NCBI GenBank assembly: GCA_013239625.1
Contig: MU053557.1
Span: 4,804,123 to 4,868,122, forward strand
DNA: 64,000 bases
Direction of reading: 5' to 3'
Source of the DNA: Lama guanicoe
Taxonomy: Eukaryota
Each line of letters begins with the position of its first letter. Within the stretch, counting starts at the first letter, position 1. The notes below the pieces were generated by a model. That model ran no database searches and was not told the origin of the DNA. It saw only the letters and a program-made list of their open reading frames with translations. Shown here in pieces: positions 24,640 to 35,800 of this stretch. The position numbers and the translations under genes were made by a program.

Positions 24640-24945
24640 TTCAAAATATAATTCACATACCACACAGTTCTCGCATTTAAAGTGCAGGATTCAGTGCTTT
24701 CAGTATATTCACAGAGTTGTGCTTCCATCGCCACAATCAATTTTGGAAGCTTTTCACTGCCCCCAAAAGGAATCCCATACCTATAGCCCCATCCCTTTCT
24801 CAACATCCCCCAGCTTTCCAGCCCTAGGCCCATGAATCTACTCTGTGTTTCTGTGGATTTGCCCATTCTGGGCAGTCTGTGTAAATAAAGTCATACAATC
24901 TGTGTTCTTTTATAGTAGTAGCTCTTGCACTGAGCATAATGTTTT
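24640..24945 (-). mobile_element. Old LINE-1 (L1M-type) 3' fragment in PCYOX1L intron 4
   Basis: ataattcacataccacacagtt...tttcagtatattcacagagttgtg...aatctactctgtgtttctgtggatttgcccattctgg, typical antisense L1M 3' end. Confidence 0.7.
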
Positions 24946-25099
24946 TACTTCATAACACTATGAATTTTGTTGTATTTATTTGTGTGTATGTTGTCTCTCC
25001 GTGCCCGGGATTGGGAGGAGGCTTGGCCTGGGAGAAAGGCCCAGGTAGGATGGTGCTGGGCTCTGCAGAACCCACTGCCCATCCTCCCCTTTTGCTCAG

Positions 25100-25240
25100 G
25101 AGCCATGTCGCTAGCTGGGGCCCAAGGCAGCCTGTGGTCTGTGGAGGGAGGCAACAAGCTGGTTTGTTCCGGTCTGCTGAAGGTCACCAAGGCCAACGTG
25201 ATCTACGCCACGGTGACCTCTGTTTCCCTGCAGCATACAG
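25100..25240 (+). CDS. PCYOX1L: PCYOX1L coding exon 5
   Basis: Acceptor tttgctcag|; encodes GAMSLAGAQGSLWSVEGGNKLVCSGLLKVTKANVIYATVTSVSLQHT; donor CAG|GTGAGG; 141 nt. Confidence 0.96.
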
Positions 25241-25725
25241 GTGAGGAGGCAGAGCTGGGGCTGCGGCCACTCCATTCCTGGACAGTTAACACTTCCACCT
25301 CCTCTGTCCTTAAACTCTGGTCTGAGACCTGCCAGGGAGTGGTTCCAAAAAAACCAGTGGGAAGCCCAGCACTGCCGAGTGACACCAGAGGGCACTGTTG
25401 TCCTGATTCCAATGTCAGAGCCAGAAAGCTGAGACTTTGATTAATCTAGCTCCTTTCATTTGAACACCCAGGACTTCAACCCACAGCTTTGCCCAAGTTC
25501 CCCCAGCTAGTCAGCAGCAGAGCTAGAGGAAGAGCTCGGATCTCCTGACTCCAGCCCAGGGCTTGACCTGCAGCTACACCAGCATGGCAAGACTGGGACC
25601 CACTATCTGGTCAGCCCAGCTGCACGCAGTGTCTCATCCCCTCACTGCTGGGCCCCAAATGGGAGACCAGTGGGTGGAAGCCAAGAAATCAGCTGACTGT
25701 TGTGTTTTCTTCACTCTTCTTCCAG

Positions 25726-26384
25726 AAGGGAAACCCTTGTACCACGTAGAGTATGAGAATGAGGCGGGCACGGGCTCCGACTACTACGACATAGTGGTCA
25801 TCGCCACCCCTCTGCACCTGGACAACAGCAGCACCATCACCTTCGAAGGCTTCGACCCACCCATCGATGTTGTCCAGGGCTCTTTCCAGCCCACTGTCGT
25901 CTCCTTGGTCCACGGCTACCTCAACTCTTCCTACTTTGGCTTCCCCGACCCTAAGCTTTTCCCCTTCGCCAGCATCCTTACCACAGATTTCCCCAGCTTC
26001 TTCAGTGCTCTGGACAACATCTGCCCTGTCAATGTCTCCACCAGCTTCCGCCGGAAGCAGCCTCAGGAAGCAGCCGTTTGGCGCGTCCAGTCCCCCCAGC
26101 CCCTCTTCCGGTCCCAGCTGAAGACCCTCTTCCGCTCCTATTACTCGGTGCAGACAGCCGAGTGGCAGGCCCACCCCCTCCATGGCTCCCACACCACCCT
26201 CCCACGGTTTGCACTGCACGACCAGCTCTTCCACCTCAACGCCCTGGAGTGGGCGGCCAGCTCCGTGGAGGTGACGGCTGTCGCTGCCAAGAATGTGGCC
26301 CTGCTGGCTTACAACCGCTGGTACCAGGACCTAGATAAGATTGACCAAAAGGATTTGATGCACAAGGTGAAGACTGAACTGTGA
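25726..26384 (+). CDS. PCYOX1L: PCYOX1L coding exon 6 (terminal)
   Basis: Acceptor cttccag|; encodes EGKPLYHVEY...YDIVVIATPL...DLMHKVKTEL*. Total CDS 1479 nt, 492 aa; all phases consistent. Confidence 0.97.
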
Positions 26385-26488
26385 GGGCTCCGGGAAGAGC
26401 AAGAAATGTCCAGCCCCTACTGAAAAAGGGTGCCCCCAACCAATAGCGGCCGCGGTTGTACAAGCCGCACTCACCCACCGAGCCCTTC

Positions 26489-26542
26489 TCTGACCCCTCG
26501 TGTATGGAGCATCCTTCTGACCTCTCATGTGTGGAGCATCTT
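26489..26542. repeat. Imperfect 27-bp tandem duplication in the PCYOX1L 3'UTR
   Basis: tctgacccctcgtgtatggagcatcct / tctgacctctcatgtgtggagcatctt. Confidence 0.8.
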
Positions 26543-26683
26543 TTCCCTTCAGTGTGGATCCTGGTGACCCACTCTCTGCCTCTCCATATGGATTCTCACA
26601 GTGGTTGCTTCTTTCAAAGGGGGAGAGTGAGAGAAGGCGAGGACATTCAAGCATATTCATTTTATTTATTTTTTTTAAGAAGA

Positions 26684-26689
26684 AATAAA
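26684..26689 (+). terminator. PCYOX1L: Candidate PCYOX1L polyadenylation signal
   Basis: First AATAAA after the stop (~300 nt), preceded by a U-rich run and followed by T/GT-rich sequence. Confidence 0.5.
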
Positions 26690-27149
26690 AATCCATCTTA
26701 AGCTGATTTTGACTTGGTTTTCTAGCTAGGAGATAGGGATAACTATGGGAGGGAATATAAGGCAGAGAACTCGGAATCTATTGTTTTCCCCTGCCTACTC
26801 CCAAAATGTACCTGAGACAATACCTACAGTGAAACATAACCAGATGGTTGCAAATAGAGGGAAGATCAAAAGACATAAGACAGGATAATAGCTCCTGTTT
26901 ACTGTAAGCTTGTTAGATGCCAGGTACCTACTTAAGCCTCTAAACAACACTGTGGTAGGAAGTGTTGGTTCCAAGGAAGAAATGGTTACCTCAGGGGAGC
27001 TGGAAACACAGCTTCAAACTTCCTGGCAACCAGTGGGAAAAAGGGAAACATACCAGGCCATAGGAAGAGGAAAGCTTTTCCTTGGTACCTGGAAGAATTG
27101 ATCATTCTGTCCATTATGCAAGAATTGAGGAATAATACAGTGGACCTGT

Positions 27150-27223
27150 ATAACTGGATCACTGTGCTGTACACCAGAAATTAACACAACATTGTAAACT
27201 GACTATACTTCAATTAAAAAAAA
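27150..27223 (+). mobile_element. 5'-truncated young LINE-1 3' end with poly(A)
   Basis: ataactggatcactgtgctgtacaccagaaattaacacaacattgtaaactgactatacttcaatt followed by A8; resembles the 3' terminus of artiodactyl L1. Confidence 0.75.
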
Positions 27224-30200
27224 GTTATGTAAAATAAAATACATATAGAATAGGGCATGTGTATGTACATTTCATTCACATATATGTATACCAAAACATA
27301 CATTTAATTTAAAAGTTTTAAAATTTAAAAAATACAATGGATCTGTCTTACAAGAAGACAAGTTCCCAGCTGGTGGAAGGCAGCTGTACCTCACACCCCC
27401 AAACATTCACCCCACAAGAGGAAAGGGAGAAAAGAAGTTGGGGATGGAGTTTTTTGGAGGTTAACCTCTATGACAAGTTCCATCCAGACCTGCTAAACCT
27501 GGCTGGGGTGAGGGCCCAGATACCCAGGCAGATACAACACTGCCAAATGACATTGATATTGTGAATTCCTAACGGGAACAGCCCCAGAGATCATCCAACT
27601 GACTTCCCTCTCTTTGTAGAGATAGAGACAAAAGCCCAAAGTGAGAAGAGAATTTGCCCAAGGTCTCCTGGCAAGTCCACAGAACACAGCTTAAATCTGG
27701 AGTTTCTCCTTAAAATCAATTGAATTCAGCATGGGCAAAATACCCTTCAAGTAGGTGGAGTCCCAAATTGTCTTTGAAGTTGTTACTATGCGTAGGTGAT
27801 GGCAGTGGTAATGAAAGAGAGGCTGCCTTTAAAGTGTGAGTAGCAAGCACTTGGTCATTACAGGAAATTGTTTGCAGTAGTAGAAAATAAAACTCAAACT
27901 AGCTTAAGCAATAAAAGGGTCTTTTGGTTATCACAAAAGTCCACGCACATGGCAGGCACCGAACACTGCAATGCCAGTGTCATTACTTCTTATGATCAGA
28001 GATGGCTGGCAACAGCTCCCAGGGCCAGGGGGCCTTCTCCCACAACCCCTGAACCAAAGTCTGGGCTCGGGGCCAACTGGGCCCTTTATTTAACCAATCC
28101 CTATGACCAAGAGAATGCCACATGCTGACTTGCTTAGGACTCAGCTACCAGACCAGTAATGGATGCAGGCGCTAAGAGTAAACTGACTGTCTTAGAATAG
28201 TCAGGCCCCACCCTGGGGGCAAAAGGGGTCTCACCTAAACTACAAGATTAGACGGGCAGAAAGGTATTAGAGACAGGCACGATGTCAACCAGACGCCAGG
28301 TGGGGCTGTGCCCTCCCTCTACTTTCAGATCCAGGGAAATCAATGTGTAATGGCCTCTTTTCATGGCCTGTGTTTGAAATGAAGATGCCACGGGCTGTCA
28401 TGATGTAACTGATGATCACTGGTATTGGGCCAGAGGACCAAGGCCAATGCCAGAATTGTCCCTAATAACCATACCTCCCTTGCATCCCTAAGGATGGTTG
28501 CACAGAAGGAGCAAACCAGGGCAGATAAACTTGACCTTCAGCTGGGCTGCAATGGAGCTGGCTGGTCCTTCAGAAGCTTCCTTTATGCCGGTACGCAGGC
28601 CTGAACAGCTCAGGACAAAAGCAAGCCAAAATGCCCACGCTGCCTGCTTCTGCAGGCCTGAACCTGAGAGCTGGATCCTACCACTTCTCTGCAAGGGAAG
28701 GCCAGCGATTCCTGAAGGCAGCAGAAGGCAGCATGGGAACCAGCAGGCCCCAGGTCCCAACCTAGCCTTCTCATCCCAGGAAAGAAGCCCCCAAGGGCCC
28801 AGCGCTCTCTGGGAGAGGAGAGAGAATCTGCAAAGACAGAGAGAGCCCTACAATCTGCCAAACAAAATGGGAGAGAGACCACACCACCTCTGCAGTCCTG
28901 GGTGCAGTGTCATAGACATTTAAAACTCCACCCCTAGACTCCCCCTCTAGAGCAGGTGACCCAAGAAAAATTTCAGCACTTTGTTGGGAGCGGGGCTGTG
29001 GAGGGTAGAGTTGGGAGTGGGTGAGGAATAGTGGGAGAGAGAGGAATGCCTTGCTCCTGACCCACTTTTGAAGGAGCAACAGGAGCTAGGGGCAGATCAT
29101 GGGCTCCCCCTAGAGGCTTCTGTGTGTGCATGCCTGCATGCATTCATTCATTCACCAAGCCCTGCACCCCTATTCTGCACTGGGCACTGTGCTAGGTGTC
29201 AGAGATGCAGGGCTGAAGGAGGTAGATGAGGCCTCTCTTCTCATGGAGTGGGGGTTTCTCACCAGACAGTGGAAAACATGAAACCCATTTAGACTCACCA
29301 AAGAAGGTTCCCAGGTGCGGTGCAGACCTGGCTCTCCAAAGGTCCTGAACTCCCTGGTGCCGCCTTTGAACCAGGGGACCGGGAAGGGCCAGCTGCCAGC
29401 CCAAGCTCCTGAGGCCAAGTTCCTAAGTCACAGAATGGTAAAACCTAACTCCCATCTGCTCCTTTCACAGATGAGAAAACTGAAGCCCAGAAAGAGGAAC
29501 ATCACATAAAACTAACAGGAACTTGTTGAGCATCTCTGTGTGTCTGATGCTCTGGAAGGAAGAGAACAGGTGGTCCAACCCAGATGAGGAGTTTTCCCAC
29601 CCAATCTTTATGCCCCAGACACCTGGGGGGCCCTCACCCCACAAAAAAACCTTGGAGGCCATGGGTCCCTTGTGTGCAGCTGAAGTCTTACGGCCTGGAG
29701 AGCAGGGCCTCACAGAAGAGCAATCCACCCCCGCACAGGGAGGAGAAGCAGCCACTGAAGGCATCAGTATGGGCTGGCACATGAAGTCTATTTTCCATGT
29801 CTGGAACCAGGCCGGAGCTTCCTAGGGTAATTTTAACCAGTATCCACTCTAGAACAATACCAAAAAAGGTAAGTTACTTGCCAGCCCAGACAGGCACATA
29901 CCTAACCCTTTCATGAATTAAACCCTGAAAACATTCAGAACTAAAGCTGCTTTAGGCACTGAAGTTACAGCAGCCAAGCAAAGTATTCCTATACTGGCTG
30001 CTGGCCCTGTTACTGAAGTTAACTCTAAAGTGCCAGCTATTCTTACCTTTAGAGAACAGCCTGAGCCCCTCAGCTGTCTTGGGGAGGGAAGGTATTTTTA
30101 GCCCCTAGAACAGCTGATTTAGGATTTGCTGCAGAGGCTAGGAGGGCAGGGGAGGATTGAATTGCAAGGGGCTAATGGGGGGGGTGTTAGCATCCAGGGG

Positions 30201-30275
30201 TCAGGGGCCAGCAGGAGCTTTAGGACAAGTCTGTCCACACTGCCATTTTGATCAGCAAAGGGTCTTGACATAAGC

Positions 30276-30467
30276 CAGCAATTCTTAAAGTGTGGTTCCC
30301 AGACCAAAGTGTCATTCCCAGATCAGCATCACCTGGGAACCACTGCATCACAAAGGTGAAGTCTTAGCCCCTATCTACTGACTCAGAACCTCTGTGTGTG
30401 GGGCTCAACGATCTGTGTTTTAACAAGCCCAGGGGATTCTGGTGCTAGTAAAGTTTGAGAACCACTG
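30276..30467. mobile_element. MER5A-like hAT MITE
   Basis: cagcaattcttaaagtgtggt...cagcatcacctgggaac...ctgtgttttaacaagccc...aagtttgagaaccactg. Confidence 0.7.
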
Positions 30468-31126
30468 ATATCAGCAAATCATCTAACCAGATCCCCTTGT
30501 GGATAAGTCTGGGTGAAAGAATGATTTGCACTGATGTTCTCAATACTTGAGAGTTCAAAGCCAGGGGTCTCCAGCCCAGAAAGATACACTCACATGAAAA
30601 TTTATGTGCTCACTGGCCCAGGTTAAAAAACCCTGCTTTTTGACAACACAGAGGCGCTCCTCTGGATATAAATCTGACCTGTAGAGAATCTCAGAGTTGA
30701 AAGAGACCATGTAGATCATCTATTCCACCCAGAGGAAGAATCTGTTCAATATTCTTGAGAGGCTCAGCCTTAACTGGACCCTTCCAGAGACAGGGAGCTC
30801 ACCACTTCTAAAGGGCCTGTTTGCAATGGCCCTTGACTTAACTGGAGGAGAATCAGCTCTTGTTCACTCCTAGATAGGTTTATACCAACCAAGCTCCAAT
30901 AACATGGCTGAAATATAGCCTTATAAACGCAAATTAAAGGAAGTCTCTGACTGTCCTAAATGATAGGAATGAATGCAGTATTTTTGTAATAACCTACTGC
31001 AGTGTTGGAAAACTCTGAGTGATGGAAAAATCCTCCTTCACACTGATCAAAATCTACCTCCCACCCATGTTTTGGCTTCAGAGCCACAAGGAGCAAACCC
31101 AAAGTCTTGCTTTACAAAAGACAGCC

Positions 31127-31132
31127 TTTACT
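31127..31132 (-). terminator. IL17B: Non-canonical polyadenylation signal (AGTAAA) of IL17B
   Basis: AGTAAA on the minus strand ~45 nt after the stop, followed by T/G-rich downstream sequence; no AATAAA nearby. Confidence 0.55.
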
Positions 31133-31174
31133 TTCCATTGCCTTGCTTGGCATGGGGGTGCAGGAAGGGCTGTC

Positions 31175-31406
31175 TCAGAAGATGCAGGTACAGCCCACAG
31201 CGATGGTCTCCATGACAGCGCGCTGGCGGCAGGGCCCGGTGCGCGGCGGCAACGGGCAGAGGCGGCGGCGCACTGGCACCTGGCTGAACACGGGCACGCT
31301 CACCATGCTGCGGTCCTCCTGCATGGTGAAAGGGTTCACGCAGCCCAGACAGAGACACCGTGCCTCCGGCAGGTCCGCAGGGATGCGGCTGGGGTCATGG
31401 TTAATA
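31175..31406 (-). CDS. IL17B: IL17B coding exon 3 (cystine-knot, terminal)
   Basis: Acceptor ttcctgcag|; encodes SINHDPSRIPADLPEARCLCLGC...VGCTCIF*, the IL-17 family cysteine pattern. Total 543 nt, 180 aa. Confidence 0.97.
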
Positions 31407-33091
31407 CTGCAGGAAGGCAGGAGAGAGTGCGTGGCAGAAGGTGGTGGGAAAAACAAACCAGCACCCATTCCCCATGTCCCTCCCTTTCCTAACCCAGGTT
31501 TTGATTCCACAGCAAGACTGTGCCATGCTGGAGGAACAGCAGTCATCAACTCTGTGCCGTAGGTGACGACTAAAGATCTTGGAAGGCAAGTCACCACCCC
31601 AAGGTTATCCAGATTCAAGGTCACCAGCTACCCAGTTTCTTCCTTTCATCAAGCAAGATGACCAGCCCATTACTAGATTGTACCGTGGGATCTCAAGAAG
31701 CCTAAGCCTCTGTCTTCCCCATCCCTCTCACTTGTTTATATTTTTGGGAAACTTAATACACTGGAAATAATAAGTGAGCATATCGATGCCTAACCCCACA
31801 GGAAGAGGAGTCAGGGGATGTGGGTTTATTCTGACTTAGTTTCTCTTTATTCAGCAAATATTTTCCACACACCACCATGTGAGTGAGTCTGTTGTCCTGG
31901 ACACTAGATGGTCACTGAGGGACAACACAGATGAGTTCCCTCCCAGAGCTGAGAGTACAGAGACTCACTCTGTGACTTTTTCTCTGTGCCTCAGTGTCCC
32001 CATCTGCTAAATATTGGGGGTGAACTTGACTTGTGGACCTGCAACATCAGCCTCGCCTGAGAGCTTGTTAGAAATGCAGAATCTCTCCCTGCCCTAGACC
32101 TCCTGAATCAGAACCTGCATACTTATAAGATCCTCAAGAAAGTCAAGGACATAGTAAAGTAGAAGCCCAGATTCAGAGGATCCTTATTACAAGTGCCACA
32201 TTCTAGGTGTGGGAGCCACTAGCCATATGTGGCTGTTTGAGTTTAATCAAAATTGGCTCCTCAGTCACACTAGCCATATTCAGTAGCCACATGAGGCCAG
32301 CAGCTACCATACTGGACTTTTTACACGGCCACAGAAAGTTCTACTGAACATTGCTGTTCTACAGTCTCAGGACATAAGTATGTGGCTAAAAATCTTTGGC
32401 TTGGGTTCATGAGTTCAGGGTCAGTCCTCTGCATTATTTTTTCAACACATGTACACGTGGCCCCTGCTGTGTGCCAGGTGCTGTGCTGGGAAGTGGAGCT
32501 TCAGCCAAGGTAAGATACCACTCTTGTCCCCTAAGGGCAGCAGGTCTTGATTCTCAGGCCTAGCTGTGTGGAGATACATTGAAGTGCCACTTTCTGGGCC
32601 TCACCCCTGGAGATTTTGATTGAATGGGGCATGAGAATCCCTTAGATGATTCTGATGCAGGCATTGGCATGGTCCCAGTCTAGCATGGGAGACAGATGTG
32701 CACACAGCTAACTCAATACTGCCTGGAAGTGCTGTAACTAGAGGTGTGTACAAGGCACTCTAAGCTGGAGGACGTAACATTTGGGAAGGCCTTGCAGGCA
32801 TTTCATCAGAGACTTGAAGAACATAATGGCAGGGCTCTGTGTGGATATCTCATTTACTGACAAGCCTATGACATAGATGCTACTATCACCTCCACTTACA
32901 GTTGAGGAGTCTGAGGCCCAGAGAGGCTAAGCAACTTGACCAAAGTCACACAGCCAGTAAGAAGCAGAGCCAGGATGCAACCCAGGGCTCTGAATCCAAG
33001 GTCTTAACTCTTATGATGACAGGGAGAGGGGGCAAGACATTCCCCCAGCCTCCAACACACAGCTTACCCACTGCTGCCCAGCGTGGCCTAC

Positions 33092-33381
33092 CTGTAGCCC
33101 CAGGGTGACAGGCTCCTCTTGTTGGACAGCCACAGCTGCAGGTTGACTTCACACTTCTTCCTGGCCGGCTCGGAGCTGTTCCTAAGCTGAGCCACCATCT
33201 CCCCAAGGTTCCTCTCATATTCCTCCATGCGGGCATATGGCTTTGCCTGGGACACCAGGTCCAGTGGCACCTGGTGAGGCCCAGGGGCCAGGGTCCCAGG
33301 CCGCCCTGGCCCCTTCCTCTTGCCTTTGGGGTTCCTGGGCTGGCCCAGCCCCAGGAAGATAGAGATGGTGAGAAGGAACAG
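33092..33381 (-). CDS. IL17B: IL17B coding exon 2
   Basis: Acceptor cttccccag|; encodes LFLLTISIFLGLGQPRNPKGKRK...KCEVNLQLWLSNKRSLSPWGY; donor CAG|GTAGGC; 290 nt. Confidence 0.96.
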
Positions 33382-33559
33382 CTGGGGAAGAAAGCCACAG
33401 GTCAAAGTTAGGAAACCCAGGTCTCCTTCTGGGCTAAGATTCAGGGCCCAAGGAGTAGGGAGGGAAGAAGACAGGCCTCTAGGAGAGGCATGCTCACCTG
33501 CCATGCCCTGGCCTGGTCCCACCAGCCCACCTCTCATATATATTGGCATGTACACACCA

Positions 33560-34168
33560 CACTCATCGTTAACTCCTGTTGCACTCTGAAAAATCTCCCC
33601 ACCCATCCACTTCTCTATCTGCACCACCAGCCTCACTTTCCTGGACAGCTTAACAGGCTCCTGCCTGGTACCCCACCTCCCCCCTGGCTCCTTCCAATCA
33701 ATTCTCCACACCTTGGCCAAGGACGGCTGTTTGAAATGCAAATCTGATAGCATCACCTTCCCAGGCCTGACTTCCCTCTGCAAATCCCTCCTGGCTTCCT
33801 CCCACACCCATGTATTAGCCTGGGTCCTTCCCTAACACCCTCCTTTCCTCACACTCCTTCCTGCACAGAGACTTTGTACAGGCCGCTCTCTGCAGTGTCC
33901 TGCCTCTCACCCCTCAAGTCTTGGCTCCAGTGTGACTTCTTTAGTGATGCCTCCATGGACCTTCTTGGGCTCTCAACACCACATGCCTCTTGTATGACTG
34001 CTGTCTTAACAATTTGGACGCGTGATTCTTTTATATGTCAGTCCTGCACTAAGCACAGCCTCCATGAGGGTCAGCATGGTGTCCATCTCCACACACTGTC
34101 TTGTTCCCCTGTGTCTGCATAGAACTGAGCACATAGGTGTTCAGTAACCATGTGCTGAGTGAATGAAC
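33560..34168 (+). mobile_element. LINE-2 3' fragment in IL17B intron 1
   Basis: L2-like body ending in gcacataggtgttcagtaaccatgtgctgagtgaatgaa. Confidence 0.55.
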
Positions 34169-34840
34169 GCCTGTCAGCATCCCTGCCTTCCTGTAACTTA
34201 CAGTGTGGCAAGGAAAACAGACAGTGAACGAGAAAGCAAGCACCTAAGCCTCGCTGGCAGCAAGTGTGAGGATAGGACCGTGCAGTGTGTGGTTAGAGAA
34301 GAGCAGGGCCACCTGCTCAGCCTGGTGGCAGTGAGGGGTCTTGCAAAGCCTTCCTGAGGAGGGGGCATGTCTGGAGATCTTTGACAGAGCTAAGACGGAG
34401 ACAGATGTGGGCAGAGGGAGCCTAAAAATTGTACGGGGGTGGGGGAAGGAACAGCATGAAAGGAAGTTTTTGTTGGTTAAGAGCTTTGCCAAAAGGAATA
34501 AGTCAGGCTGAAATAGAGTAGATGGGAAGAGGATGAAGGATGAAGTCGGGGAGACGGGCAGGTCATGGCCAAGGATCCTTGTTGGACTCCATGACACCTA
34601 TGCCCTCTTCCTCCACACCCTGACCCTCTGGCTGCCTGATCCCTTGTCCACTCTCAGCTGCTGCCATCCACCTCTCCCCCTAGAACTGGGAGCATCAGGA
34701 AAGCCTCTTACACAGGAGAGGACCTGGGGGCCCAGCAGTACGCAGACTCCTCAGGAAGCCAGGAGTGAAGGGCCAGGACTTGGGTGGAGGCCAGGGCTGT
34801 TCAGAAAGGAGGATCCTCTAGGGGGAATTCTGTCTCCTCA

Positions 34841-35000
34841 CTGAATCTAGTCAGGCTCCCACTTGCCCTGGATCCCTAACCCTAACCGCCGCACAGCCCA
34901 CACTGATCTCTTCAGCCTTCCCTTGCTGAATCTAGCCAGGCTCCCACTTGCCCTGGATCCCTAACCCTAAACCCCGCACGGCCCACGCTGATCTCTCCAG
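34841..35000. repeat. Two-copy ~85-bp tandem duplication, each unit containing (CCCTAA)2
   Basis: ctgaatctag..ggctcccacttgccctggatccctaaccctaa..ctgatctct.cag at 34841-34915 and 34926-35000. Confidence 0.9.
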
Positions 35001-35367
35001 ACTATCTAGCCAGTCTTGACCCTTGGATACAAGTTTCAGCAGAGCCCCTCTTGGCAGAACTATTTCTTGGTGCAAAATCCATGACAGATTCAAATTGCTG
35101 AATTCTTCCTTTTTGGTCCTAGGTTCTGGAGCAGACAAACTTCTCCCTAACAATAGGCTTTCTCATCTGAGCTTCTTACATGGCATTCTTAAACTCAGAG
35201 AAACCCAAAATAGAATCAGTCTCCCTCCTTCCCTTTATAGATGGGAACAGAGAAACAGAAGGACTTGCCCAAGGTTACACAGCCTGGATCTCAGGACCCA
35301 GAAATTCTTTGGAAAAACCCCGATAACCAAGTTTGCCAGGATCTCCCCAGATGCCTTTGGCCTAAAA

Positions 35368-35414
35368 GAGCTTCAGTGTAGCAGGGCTGAGCTTCAGTGT
35401 AGCAGGGCTGAGCT
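35368..35414. repeat. Perfect 21-bp tandem duplication
   Basis: (GAGCTTCAGTGTAGCAGGGCT)x2 followed by GAGCT. Confidence 0.92.
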
Positions 35415-35620
35415 CCATTCAGGAGCTGGAGCTACTGGCCATGGCTGCAGGCTCTGAGACCAGTCTCTGTTTCTTTCTCGTCCTGAGGGAGAAGACAGAG
35501 GGAGAACTCGCCTCTGCAGATTCCAAGCCAAACAGAGGCTGCCATTAATCAATAGGAAAGAAGTAACAAAACTCAGGCCCTAAAAAGGAGTGGGGGGTGG
35601 GGTGGGGAATCGCCACGTAC

Positions 35621-35641
35621 CAGGTTGTGCAGCCAGTCCAT
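35621..35641 (-). CDS. IL17B: Interleukin-17B coding exon 1
   Basis: Minus strand ATG GAC TGG CTG CAC AAC CTG (MDWLHNL), then donor GTACGT; 21 nt, phase 0. Confidence 0.9.
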
Positions 35642-35699
35642 CCTGTGAGCCAGGCAACCAGCCTGCAGCTGCCGCCCGCCTGGAACCCCAGATGCCTCC

Positions 35700-35800
35700 G
35701 CCAAGAGAATGGCAGCAACAGGATGGAGTGAAGCAATTATAGCTCGTCAGGGGGCTGCTGGGGGAGTGGGTGGGTGGGCTCATCATTGCCCGGGCGCCTT
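35700..35800 (-). promoter_or_regulatory. IL17B: IL17B proximal promoter (TATA-like box plus CRE half-site)
   Basis: Minus strand TATAAT at 35736-35741 with TGACG immediately upstream (35745-35749), about 95 nt upstream of the ATG; GC-rich further upstream. Confidence 0.55.

Noticed and set aside
25689..26234. 181-aa antisense ORF
   Set aside because: Shadow of GC3-rich PCYOX1L exon 6 on the opposite strand; no independent gene signals.
33382..33807. N-terminal part of the 239-aa ORF as an alternative IL17B start
   Set aside because: Intron 1 sequence partly derived from L2; the real exon begins at 33381 and the signal peptide starts in the exon at 35641.
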